The notes beneath the pieces are model-generated. The model was given only the letters and a program-made list of their open reading frames with translations. It did not search any database and was not told where the DNA came from. A stretch of DNA of 64,000 bases from Gemmatimonadota bacterium (lineage in GTDB: Bacteria > Gemmatimonadota > Gemmatimonadetes > Palauibacterales > KS3-K002), in assembly GCA_039586575.1 (NCBI GenBank), contig JBDHKD010000005.1, positions 6,062-70,061 on the forward strand, written 5' to 3'. Within the stretch, counting starts at the first letter, position 1. Every line of letters starts with the position of its first letter. This document shows, one piece after another, positions 56,247 through 64,000 of the stretch. The position numbers were made by a program, and so were the translations under genes.

Positions 56247-56951
56247 ATGCGATTCGGCCAACGGCCGATGGCAGTCCTAAAGAGTCTCAACCCCTCGGCT
56301 CTGGAAGCGCTGCGCTCCCTTGGCTCGGTGCGCAACTACCGCAAGAACGAGGGGATCTACGAGGTGGACCAGCCGGCCGACGCTCTGTACGTGGTGCTCC
56401 GGGGCCGCGCCCGGCTCCGGGACCGCGATTGGGAGGGCCGCGATATCACGGTCAGCTTCGCCGCCGAGGGCGAGCCGTTCGGGCTGGAGGCGCTTGCCGG
56501 TCTGACGCGTCGCACGCTGACGGCGATAGCCGCCGAGAGCAGTGAGCTACTCAGCATCGACGCGGAGGCGCTCCGGGGCTTGCTGGAGCGGGATCCGTCC
56601 CTGGCCCGGGCACTGCTTCGTTACACTGCCGAGGTCATGACCCATATGGACGAGCGGATCAAGATGCTCGCCTTCCTCGATGTGCCGTCGCGGCTTGCGG
56701 GCACGATCCTCTGGCTGGCCGATCGTTACGGCAGCGAGAGCGAGCGGGGTGTCGAGGTGCCTTACTGGTTCACGCACCAGGAGATGGCCGACCTGATCGG
56801 CTCGACGCGCGAGACGGTCACCACGGTTCTGGCCGAGTTCAAGCGCCAAGGGCTGGTGGACAGCCGTAACCACCACTTTGTGGTGATGGATCGGCGGGCG
56901 CTCACCGAGCGCATCCGGTTGCCGCACTTCGGCGAGGCTGTTGCAGGGTAG
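56247..56951 (+). CDS. Crp/Fnr family transcriptional regulator
   Basis: 234 aa; cNMP-binding-like beta-roll + C-terminal HTH (…HQEMADLIGSTRETVTTVLAEFKRQGLV…). Confidence 0.88.
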   Translation: MRFGQRPMAVLKSLNPSALEALRSLGSVRNYRKNEGIYEVDQPADALYVVLRGRARLRDRDWEGRDITVSFAAEGEPFGLEALAGLTRRTLTAIAAESSELLSIDAEALRGLLERDPSLARALLRYTAEVMTHMDERIKMLAFLDVPSRLAGTILWLADRYGSESERGVEVPYWFTHQEMADLIGSTRETVTTVLAEFKRQGLVDSRNHHFVVMDRRALTERIRLPHFGEAVAG

Positions 56952-57101
56952 CAAGCCCGCCGGGCATGCCCTGCGCAGCTCGGTCGCCCGGCACTCCGAT
57001 TCGCTGGCGACGAGCCACCCCGTACCGCTCAGCAACAGCTCGTCTAGCATCTAGCCAAACGCGCCAACATCGCTGAGGGCGACCGCGTCGCCGTCAAACC
57101 C

Positions 57102-57542
57102 CTAGGGCAGGCCGCGATGGCGCCCCTGGTAGACCCGGGCGCCGGTCGTTCGATCGTATAGATCGAGGCGCACGACGACACCATCGTAGGCGAGGCTGCC
57201 TCGGTACGCGGTCCCGCAACGCAGCGTCAGGCGAAGCGTAACGGGGGATTCCTCGCGCTGGCGCTGGTAGTAGTTGCGCAGCTTGACGAGTCCCAGCAGA
57301 GCCAGAGCTTTGCACTCACCCTCGGCCACCTCGGAAGCGCCGTAGCGCAGCTCACCCTCGACACCGCCGACCCACGTGCGCAGGCCCGTCCACTGGACCA
57401 ACGTGGTATCGATCGCCGACACGTCCTCTGGAGTGATATCGAAGGGTAGTTGAGCAGCCGCAGGCTCGCGCGGACAGATCGCCAGGGTTGCGACGAGTGC
57501 GGTCGTCTTGATCCAGGATCCTATCGTCACCCTTACCGCCAC
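57102..57542 (-). CDS. Hypothetical secreted protein (146 aa)
   Basis: N-terminal signal peptide (IKTTALVATLAICPREPAAAQ); no motif. Confidence 0.5.
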   Translation of the reverse strand: MAVRVTIGSWIKTTALVATLAICPREPAAAQLPFDITPEDVSAIDTTLVQWTGLRTWVGGVEGELRYGASEVAEGECKALALLGLVKLRNYYQRQREESPVTLRLTLRCGTAYRGSLAYDGVVVRLDLYDRTTGARVYQGRHRGLP

Positions 57543-57627
57543 CGTTTGCCGAGTCGTATGGGGACAGCCGAGAACAGGAGAGAACCTAGCTGATTCCCTC
57601 TACGGATGGCAGGGGGGACGGCTCGGG

Positions 57628-57837
57628 TCAGCCGACGGTTTTCGCCGTGCCTCTGAGCTCGGTGATCACGGCCTCGAGCAGGTCGCCGGCGCGTACCATG
57701 CTCTCACCGTTCGCACTCTTGCTTCTCACGAACGCCGCTTCCGCAGCAGCGGCGTTCAACTCACGGTAGGCCGCGAGCGTTTGGCGGGCCAGCTCACGTA
57801 AGCGCTTCCACTCTGCTTTCGCTTTGTTCTCCGCCAT
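57628..57837 (-). CDS. Possible small protein (69 aa)
   Basis: Only an ORF with helical, charged composition; could be non-coding. Confidence 0.25.
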   Translation of the reverse strand: MAENKAKAEWKRLRELARQTLAAYRELNAAAAEAAFVRSKSANGESMVRAGDLLEAVITELRGTAKTVG

Positions 57838-57860
57838 CGAACTTCATCTCCTCTTCGGGC

Positions 57861-58820
57861 TCAACTCGCACCCCAGGCCGCGGCTACCTGGGCAGCTCCT
57901 ACGGTACTTGCCTGGTTCAGTGCCCTCAGGGCCGCTGCCAAGAGCAGCTCGGGACTGGCCTCGATCTGGCCGTTGCGGCCTTCGGCGCCGGCAACGCCGG
58001 CACTGAAGGTGACCGGGTACTCGCCGTCCACACGCTTCGACAGGGACAGCGAGGTGAAACGTGCAGCGAGTTGAAGGCCGCCCCTCGGTGGCGTGTTCGG
58101 TGCCAGCACGATGAACTTCAGTAGCTCCAGGTGGCCCACCACATCCGAGTTGCGCGTGCCGTGGTGCAGAGCGAGCGAGAACTTCATCTCGAGATCCAGC
58201 GCATGCTCAGCCGATACGCCCGCTTCGGCGGGCGTGCCATCGGCAGCGAATACGATGCACGTCAGCGGCGTTTGAGTTCGCCGAGCCAACGCGACCAGTT
58301 CCCTCAGCCTGCGCTTGATCCCCAACGACGTATAGTGGCCGGTCTTAACGTCGAGCAGCATGCCGGACTGAATCCCATCCACGTCCCGCTTGAGCCAGAT
58401 CCAAGTGCCCAGCTTCGCCGCCAGCTCGACCGATTGGCCGGGCAACTCGATCACGTCCCAAAAACCGTCGCCCAAGGCTGCGGTCCGTCCCTCGTAGCTC
58501 AGCCGCTCATCGCAGATACCGATCAGCGGGATCGTCGGTCGCCGACCCCCGGCACGTAGCTGTCGGCCGATCTCGATGCGTGTGCTCACCGGCAGCCGCC
58601 TGAGATCGAGTAGCACCGCATCGCTGCGACGGTCGCCGAGGTAGCTGCTCAATGGGTCGGGCCGCGGCCGCGGCTCGAGCCGGTAACGATCGTCATGAAG
58701 GATACCCGACAGCGCTTCCAACAGCGCATCGTCGGTCGTGATCACCGTAACGGTCGCGGGCCCATGCGGGGATGTCGTCGTGCCTGCATCCAGCGGGAAC
58801 CGCTCCTGGACCATCGCCAT
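57861..58820 (-). CDS. Response-regulator receiver domain fused to a degenerate GGDEF-like domain
   Basis: Start at MAMVQERF (ATG at 58818-58820). Receiver-like (…DAVLLDLRRLPVS…IPLIGIC…) then a GGDEF-like fold (…DVKTGHYTSLGIKRRLRELVALARR…LTCIVFAADG…) with the GG(D/E)EF signature replaced (…HLELLKF…). Confidence 0.6.
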   Translation of the reverse strand: MAMVQERFPLDAGTTTSPHGPATVTVITTDDALLEALSGILHDDRYRLEPRPRPDPLSSYLGDRRSDAVLLDLRRLPVSTRIEIGRQLRAGGRRPTIPLIGICDERLSYEGRTAALGDGFWDVIELPGQSVELAAKLGTWIWLKRDVDGIQSGMLLDVKTGHYTSLGIKRRLRELVALARRTQTPLTCIVFAADGTPAEAGVSAEHALDLEMKFSLALHHGTRNSDVVGHLELLKFIVLAPNTPPRGGLQLAARFTSLSLSKRVDGEYPVTFSAGVAGAEGRNGQIEASPELLLAAALRALNQASTVGAAQVAAAWGAS

Positions 58821-59098
58821 TTGCTGATCGCCTCCGTCTTCCAACTGAGCCCAGGGCCTTTGCGCGACCAGGTTGCAAGAGGTGAGCCGCGTCGGGTGCC
58901 CGATGCGGCGTGCTCTGTAACCCAAGGACAATGAATGATTTAGGCCGACAGATGCCTGGCGGCCGCGGCTGGCGGGAGACGATTGCGGCAGGCAAGCCCT
59001 ACCCGCTGCGTGCAAACATTTCCGGGTCCGGAGGGCGGTGTGCGAGGGGGCCGGCTACCGGGGCCTGGTAACCGGCCGGCGGGCTGGGTGCCGTCGAA

Positions 59099-59383
59099 TC
59101 AGAGCAAGTCGTCGGTCGCTTTGGCGTGCTCGAAGATCGGCCGCAGCGTCTCCTCCCAGCGGGCGGCGGCCTCCGGGTCTGCGGTATCGTTGAGGTAGGC
59201 CTCCACGACGTCGGCGGCCAGTTCGGCGTGCGCGATGGGGCGCGAGTGGATCCGCAGCCGCCAGTGGTCGGGCGGCGCGTCCCCCTGGCCCGGCGGGGTC
59301 GGCGACACGTTCCAGTAGCCACCCCAGTCGCGGAAGGTCTGCATCAACTGATCGCGCAGCTGTCGGCGACGGTCTTCACTCAT
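59099..59383 (-). CDS. Hypothetical small protein (94 aa), last gene of the ApbE-associated cluster
   Basis: ORF with coding-like composition; no motif. Confidence 0.45.
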   Translation of the reverse strand: MSEDRRRQLRDQLMQTFRDWGGYWNVSPTPPGQGDAPPDHWRLRIHSRPIAHAELAADVVEAYLNDTADPEAAARWEETLRPIFEHAKATDDLL

Positions 59384-59403
59384 GAAATCCCTGTCCTCTC
59401 TGA

Positions 59404-59910
59404 TCAGTCTCCCGGGGCGACAGCCGGGTGCTGCGCGGCACCCGGTCGACGCTCGCGCGTGGCGGCGCTCGGCACGTCATGCCGCGCACCGGACTGCGAC
59501 TTCGCGACGAGCCGATGCCACGTCAGGCCCGCCGAGAAGATAAGGCCGAGTACTATGTGGGCTACCGCCATGGCGCGCAACCAGCCGATGTGAGTGATGA
59601 CTTGTATCAGATATCCGCTGAGGACCAGTGGCGCGACCGCCAGCACCATGACCAACCCGCTCTGCCGGCCCCGCTCCAGCCCCGCTCGGTAGTGGTTCCA
59701 GACATGGCGTGTGGCGACGAGTCCCAGGGCAAAGATGAATAGCGGCGACACTATGATGTGCGCTTTGAGGAAAGCGGGCTGCAGCGGGTGATTGATCACC
59801 GCCCAGGGGTCGGCGCTCGTTAGGAAGTACTTGGTGTAAAGAAGACCGATGCCGGTGAGCGTCGTCGCCGCCGCCGTGAGCCAGACGCTCCACCTCTCGA
59901 AACGGTTCAT
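59404..59910 (-). CDS. His-rich 4-TM membrane protein (DUF4405-like; possible b-type haem-binding electron-transfer subunit)
   Basis: 168 aa; four predicted TM helices with His inside or near them (INHPL, KAHII, TRHVWNHY, ITHIGW, VAHIVLG, TWHRL); 4-bp overlap with the FMN-binding protein gene. Confidence 0.65.
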   Translation of the reverse strand: MNRFERWSVWLTAAATTLTGIGLLYTKYFLTSADPWAVINHPLQPAFLKAHIIVSPLFIFALGLVATRHVWNHYRAGLERGRQSGLVMVLAVAPLVLSGYLIQVITHIGWLRAMAVAHIVLGLIFSAGLTWHRLVAKSQSGARHDVPSAATRERRPGAAQHPAVAPGD

Positions 59911-60503
59911 CGCCGGCTCGCGCCGCCCACGCCGGCCAGCGGCCCGATCACCTCGTGCAACGCCAGCGCACGGCGCGCCGCATCGGTGACGGTTCGCGAC
60001 GTCAACGTCGCACCGCTCATGAACCGGATGGAGCCCTTGCCCGAGAGCTCAGCAGTGAGCGCCTGCCCTGCAAACTGTTCCAGCCATCCGTCGGGCGCTC
60101 GGTACTCGGGCGGTTCCGAGAACTTGAGTACCTCGATGCGCGCGATACGGGAGTCGGGCGTCACGACGATCATCAACACTTCCGGCAGAGTGCGGACGCG
60201 ATGGGCATCGAAGTAAGCGACACCGAGGGGCGCATCGCCCTGCCGTCCCATGTAGTAGGTGATCACGCGCTGTTCCAGCGCCACTTCGCTGCCGGCCAGT
60301 TCCCGTGCACGCGCCAGGTCGTCATCATCGAGAAACGCCGTCTGCCGCTCGATGACCGCCGGCTCGGGAAAGACCAGGCGTAGCGCCTCATCCTGCGTCA
60401 GGCGGACCTGTGCCAGCGCTGCTGAACCGGAGACCGCCAAGCAGAGCGGCGTCACGGCCAGCCCCGCTTGGAGCAGCTTAGAAGATGTAGCCGAACGCGA
60501 CAT
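59907..60503 (-). CDS. Secreted FMN-binding domain protein (FMN_bind; NqrC/RnfG-type) with SGAT flavinylation motif
   Basis: 198 aa; signal peptide; C-terminal …GSIRFMSGATLTSRTVTDAARRAL… contains the [S/T]GAT motif that ApbE flavinylates. Confidence 0.75.
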   Translation of the reverse strand: MSRSATSSKLLQAGLAVTPLCLAVSGSAALAQVRLTQDEALRLVFPEPAVIERQTAFLDDDDLARARELAGSEVALEQRVITYYMGRQGDAPLGVAYFDAHRVRTLPEVLMIVVTPDSRIARIEVLKFSEPPEYRAPDGWLEQFAGQALTAELSGKGSIRFMSGATLTSRTVTDAARRALALHEVIGPLAGVGGASRR

Positions 60504-61884
60504 TGAACCGGTCGATTCCCGTATTGGCCTCGTTTCCGTGGCTCTGGTGGTCGGCCTTCACCACGATGTGGGTGACCGGCTTCCAGGCCAGGCCGAGCGT
60601 GACGATCCGCCTGTCGTAGGCCGGGTCCGCCACGAAGCCGTTCGGCACCCGGTCCTGGGTGTCGATCTCCTCGTACCGCAGGTAGGGGATCAACTGCTGA
60701 CGCGTGCGCACCCGGTTAAGCACATCGTATCCCAGCTGGACGTACCAGCCGCTCAGCCGCTCACCCACCGACTCCGAGACGCTCAGGTTCTTGGCGGCGT
60801 TGATATGCTCCACGTCATCGATGTGGGCACGCGCGTACAGTGCGCGCAGGTCGAAGCCGCGGGCCCGGTACTCGGCGTGGCCCTCCCAGATCAGGGTCGT
60901 CGCAGCGATCGTCGTACCGTCGAGCGGCGATTCGGCGCCCTGGCCCGACCGTCCGACGTAGAGCGAGGTTCCCAGGACGAGCCCCAGAAGGCCCACGTAG
61001 TCGACGCGGCCGACGCCGCCGAAGTCTTCCGCCACCGCCTTCGAGCCCTTCTGCCGACCGCCACGCAGGCCGGCGGCGCTGAAGCCCGAAGCGTTCGAGC
61101 TACCACCCCCGACGGCGTCGAGGCCGTTCACCAGGTAGGCCCGGTAGGCGAAGCCGGCGGCGTCACCGAAGACGCCGATCCCGTTCTCGCGCCAAGTCGT
61201 AGGTATGATCTGCCGTTCCGTCTCGGGGCGCGTGGTTCCCAGGAAGGTCGTCGGCTCGTGCAGCTCGTTGATGAAGCCCATGGGCACGAGGACCAGACCA
61301 CCACGTACTCCCAGATAGTCGGACGCCAGGTAGTCGATGTAGGCGAACTCGACGGACACCGACCCGGCCTGCCCCGTCGATGCATGCTCCAACTCGATCT
61401 CCGAGTTGAATACGAAGCGGTCGTTGAACTTGTAGCCGAAGTAGAACACGGCGCGCAGGAAGTCGATTTGATCGCTGCGGGCCGCCGCCGCCCCGTCCTC
61501 GCGCTCGTTCGCGAAGTTCTCGTAAAGGAGTTCCCCGTAACCACCGATGGAAACCCCCTGGTTGAGCTGGTAGACCTTAGAAGCCGCCGGGCCGAAACCG
61601 TAGACCCCCGTGTCCGCCTCCACGACGACCTCCTGGCCGAGCCGGAGCTCCTCGATCTCCCGGGTCAACGCTTCGACCTGCCGCTCGAGCCGGGCCAGCT
61701 CCGTGCTGTCACGGCTGGCCAGCTGCTGGCGCAACCACTCCACCTGACGCTCGAGCTCGGCCAGCCGCTCCTGCAACTCCGCCTCCTGGCCGTGCGCCGC
61801 CGACGCCGAGACCGCCAGCGCCAGCCCCACGGCGACCGCTAGAACGCAACGGGGTCGAGTCTTCACCGACATAACATGCTTCAT
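60478..61884 (-). CDS. Outer-membrane beta-barrel porin with N-terminal periplasmic coiled coil (DcaP-like)
   Basis: Start at MKHVM (the ATG shares its A with the apbE TGA at 61884). Signal peptide, coiled coil (ELQERLAELERQVEWLRQQL…LERQVEALTREIEELR), alternating amphipathic beta-strands, C-terminal …NVAFGYIF (terminal Phe). Confidence 0.75.
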   Translation of the reverse strand: MKHVMSVKTRPRCVLAVAVGLALAVSASAAHGQEAELQERLAELERQVEWLRQQLASRDSTELARLERQVEALTREIEELRLGQEVVVEADTGVYGFGPAASKVYQLNQGVSIGGYGELLYENFANEREDGAAAARSDQIDFLRAVFYFGYKFNDRFVFNSEIELEHASTGQAGSVSVEFAYIDYLASDYLGVRGGLVLVPMGFINELHEPTTFLGTTRPETERQIIPTTWRENGIGVFGDAAGFAYRAYLVNGLDAVGGGSSNASGFSAAGLRGGRQKGSKAVAEDFGGVGRVDYVGLLGLVLGTSLYVGRSGQGAESPLDGTTIAATTLIWEGHAEYRARGFDLRALYARAHIDDVEHINAAKNLSVSESVGERLSGWYVQLGYDVLNRVRTRQQLIPYLRYEEIDTQDRVPNGFVADPAYDRRIVTLGLAWKPVTHIVVKADHQSHGNEANTGIDRFNVAFGYIF

Positions 61885-62933
61885 CACACCTCGCCCACGA
61901 GTAGCCACGGTTCCAACGCTCGATTCCAAGTCGCCCTGATCTCCTCACCTTCTTGCTCGAGGAACAGCACGCCCACCTCAACCCGCGGTGCCGCCCACTC
62001 CATCCCTCGCTCGGGACCCAGCACGAAGAGCGCGGTCGCTGCCAGATCGGCCACCAGCGGATCTTCGGCCACGACCGTCACGCTCCCCCAGGCCGGCATG
62101 GGTCGACCGCTCCGCGGATCGAGGATATGGCCGTGCCGCTCACCTTCGATCTCGACGAAGCGCTCCGCTGCGCCGCTCGTCGCCGCCGAGCGATCGGCGA
62201 GCCGAATCCGAAACGCCGGCTCCGTCCGCCGCGCCGGATGCGCGATCGCCACCACCCAGGCCTGGCCTTCCGCCGGACCGCCGATCGCCAGGAGCTGGCC
62301 GCCGAAGTCGAGCAGTCCCGACTCGATCCCTGCCGCCCGCAGCACCCGACCGGCCGCTCGCAGCGCGGCGCCCTTGCCGAAGCCGCCCGCCGTCATCCAG
62401 CTCCCCTCGGCTCTCCGCGTCACCCTCGACCGCCCCTCGTCGAGCACGAAGGCGTCCGCTCCGCTCAAAGCCCGCGCCCGCGCGAGCTCCGCCGGCCCCG
62501 GTCGCCGACCTCCGTCCCGCAGCCCCCAAGCATCGATCAACGCGCCCACCGCCGGCTCGAATGCACCACCGAAGCCCGCACCCCACTCCTCCACCTCGAC
62601 CAGCAAGCCGAACAGCTCGCCAGACAGCGGCGTCGGCACGCCGGGCGGCGTACGGTTGAGGCGCGACAACTCCGAGTCCTCGCGCCAGCTGCTCAATACA
62701 CCCTCCAAGCGGCCCACCTCGCGGAACGCCCGCTCGATCGCCTCCGCCCCCTCGCCAGCGCCGGCCGCTGTCACCTGCACCCTGAGCCGCGTCCCCATGA
62801 GGTAGGCTTCCCGCTCCACGAGCACGCCCGACGCCGCCGGGACCGCAGCCGAAGGGGGTAGGACGGCCACGACCCCGGCGAGCATCAGGGCGACCCAGGC
62901 TAGGAGGGGTCGGAATGCAGTCATACGGTTCAT
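61884..62933 (-). CDS. apbE: FAD:protein FMN transferase (ApbE family), periplasmic
   Basis: Signal peptide; …EAYLMGTRLRV… and …ERHGHILDPRSGRP… are conserved ApbE motifs. Start at M18 (62931-62933) or M21. Confidence 0.88.
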   Translation of the reverse strand: MNRMTAFRPLLAWVALMLAGVVAVLPPSAAVPAASGVLVEREAYLMGTRLRVQVTAAGAGEGAEAIERAFREVGRLEGVLSSWREDSELSRLNRTPPGVPTPLSGELFGLLVEVEEWGAGFGGAFEPAVGALIDAWGLRDGGRRPGPAELARARALSGADAFVLDEGRSRVTRRAEGSWMTAGGFGKGAALRAAGRVLRAAGIESGLLDFGGQLLAIGGPAEGQAWVVAIAHPARRTEPAFRIRLADRSAATSGAAERFVEIEGERHGHILDPRSGRPMPAWGSVTVVAEDPLVADLAATALFVLGPERGMEWAAPRVEVGVLFLEQEGEEIRATWNRALEPWLLVGEV

Positions 62934-63114
62934 CCGTCGGGTCGAGCCGGGGGGCGGAGTTATGAGATTGAAACCCATTCTCATTCACCGCGCCAAACTA
63001 GCCCGGACTTTCCACCCCGTCAAGTCGCACGCCGCCATGAGAAATGACAGCAGAAGCGGCGAGCGAGCTGAAGCCCGCCCCCGCCACTCGCGGTCGGTCG
63101 CGCTGAGCCGTGGC

Positions 63115-64000
63115 TCAGCGGGTCCAGACGTTGTTCGAGCGGTCGACGTCGGGAAAGGCTTGAGCGGCGTCGATCTCCACCCGGGCAACCGGAGCGCCGG
63201 GTGGCAGGAGGATGGCCGCGCGGGCGGCGCCAGCGAGCCAGGTGTCCACGGGGATGGTCTCCTCGATCACCTGTCCGCCTTCACGGGTGATGGTCAAGCG
63301 GACGGGCATCGGGACGAGGCCGCGGTCTTCGACGATGATGCGTGTGCCCTCGCTTGTTTCCTCGACGCCGGCCACCGCCTGGTCGAGGGTCCAATTCTCG
63401 AAGTACCAGCTGCGCCAGAACCAACCGAGGTCACGGCCGCTGACGCGCTCGAAGGTGCTGAACATGTCCCACGGGTAGGGGTGCTTGAAGGCCCACTCCC
63501 CGATGTAGGTGCGATAGGCACGCAAGAACGTCTCTTCCCCCAGCAGCCCTCTGAGGACGGCCAGCAGGGTAGCGGGCTTCTGGTATGAGGTTACGCCGTA
63601 GACGTTGACGTCGAGCTGATCGGACCAGCGCATGACCTCGCCACAAGAGTCGAGGCATGCCTTGGTCACGTACTCCTGCATGTCGAGGGCCTCATTGTTA
63701 CGACCGGGGAACAGGTCTTCGGCGGCCTGGCTCTCGATGAACGAGGCGGCCCCTTCATCCATCCACGCGTAGCGGCGCTCATCCGAGTTCACGATCATCG
63801 GCAACCACATGTGGGCCAACTCATGAGCGGTCACGTGATAGAAGGCGGTATCGTCCGACGCGTTGTAGTGTCCGATGCGCGTCATCATCGGGTACTCCAT
63901 GCCGCTCCTGTTGTAGCCCGACTCGACGGCGGTCATATGCGGCCACGGGTAGGCGAGTCCAGTGTACTCGGACTCGAAGGTGATGGAGTGCTGTTCGTAC
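63115..64000 (-). CDS. Zinc metallopeptidase, M1-like (HExxH…E gluzincin); N-terminus beyond window end (partial)
   Basis: …VTAHELAHMWLPMIVNSDERRYAWMDEGAASF… = HExxH(x18)E; the frame stays open past 64000. Confidence 0.75.
   Translation of the reverse strand, partial: YEQHSITFESEYTGLAYPWPHMTAVESGYNRSGMEYPMMTRIGHYNASDDTAFYHVTAHELAHMWLPMIVNSDERRYAWMDEGAASFIESQAAEDLFPGRNNEALDMQEYVTKACLDSCGEVMRWSDQLDVNVYGVTSYQKPATLLAVLRGLLGEETFLRAYRTYIGEWAFKHPYPWDMFSTFERVSGRDLGWFWRSWYFENWTLDQAVAGVEETSEGTRIIVEDRGLVPMPVRLTITREGGQVIEETIPVDTWLAGAARAAILLPPGAPVARVEIDAAQAFPDVDRSNNVWTR

Noticed and set aside
60259-61842. 527-aa plus-strand ORF
   Set aside because: Antisense to the porin gene, which has a clear signal peptide, beta-barrel and terminal Phe.

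Overview
High-GC (~70%) bacterial chromosomal segment from a diderm organism (beta-barrel outer-membrane protein ending in Phe). The phylum cannot be assigned from sequence alone. Coding density is very high and strand-biased: nearly every gene from 1 to 32.5 kb is on the minus strand. The long plus-strand ORFs in the track are Arg/Pro/Gly-rich antisense artefacts of GC-rich minus-strand genes and are rejected. I annotate about 65 protein genes, mostly housekeeping and metabolism. They include smpB, pyruvate kinase, a Sir2/CobB deacylase, a B12-dependent class II ribonucleotide reductase (nrdJ), gamma-glutamyltransferase, an MsbA-like ABC exporter, ccdA, pdaD-speB, a Fur-family regulator, coaE, trxB, a DtxR-family regulator, an ECF sigma with a ZAS anti-sigma, and a Crp/Fnr regulator. 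No tRNA, rRNA, CRISPR, integrase or transposase was recognised, and no clear horizontally acquired island is evident. The best candidate for an undescribed system is an operon at 59.1-63.0 kb. It encodes a periplasmic ApbE flavin transferase, a DcaP-like beta-barrel porin with an N-terminal coiled coil, a secreted FMN-binding protein carrying the SGAT flavinylation motif, a His-rich 4-TM membrane protein and a small ORF. This is a putative extracytoplasmic flavin-based electron-transfer module of unknown function. Other observations worth a second look: (1) a complete peptidoglycan/anhydro-MurNAc recycling operon with an SSF-family (MurT-like) transporter in place of AmpG and a MurQ-DinB fusion (24.5-32.5 kb); (2) tandem NrdR boxes overlapping a sigma70-like promoter upstream of nrdJ; (3) a 1058-aa membrane-anchored wHTH/BTAD(SARP-like) regulator with a K/A/P-rich linker and a periplasmic TPR domain, co-oriented with two small unknowns; (4) an intergenic double array of 8-bp tandem repeats in inverted orientation (39.97-40.11 kb); (5) a CPGS-like P-loop protein next to apgM. 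All calls rest on reading the translated ORFs and motifs. No database search was possible.
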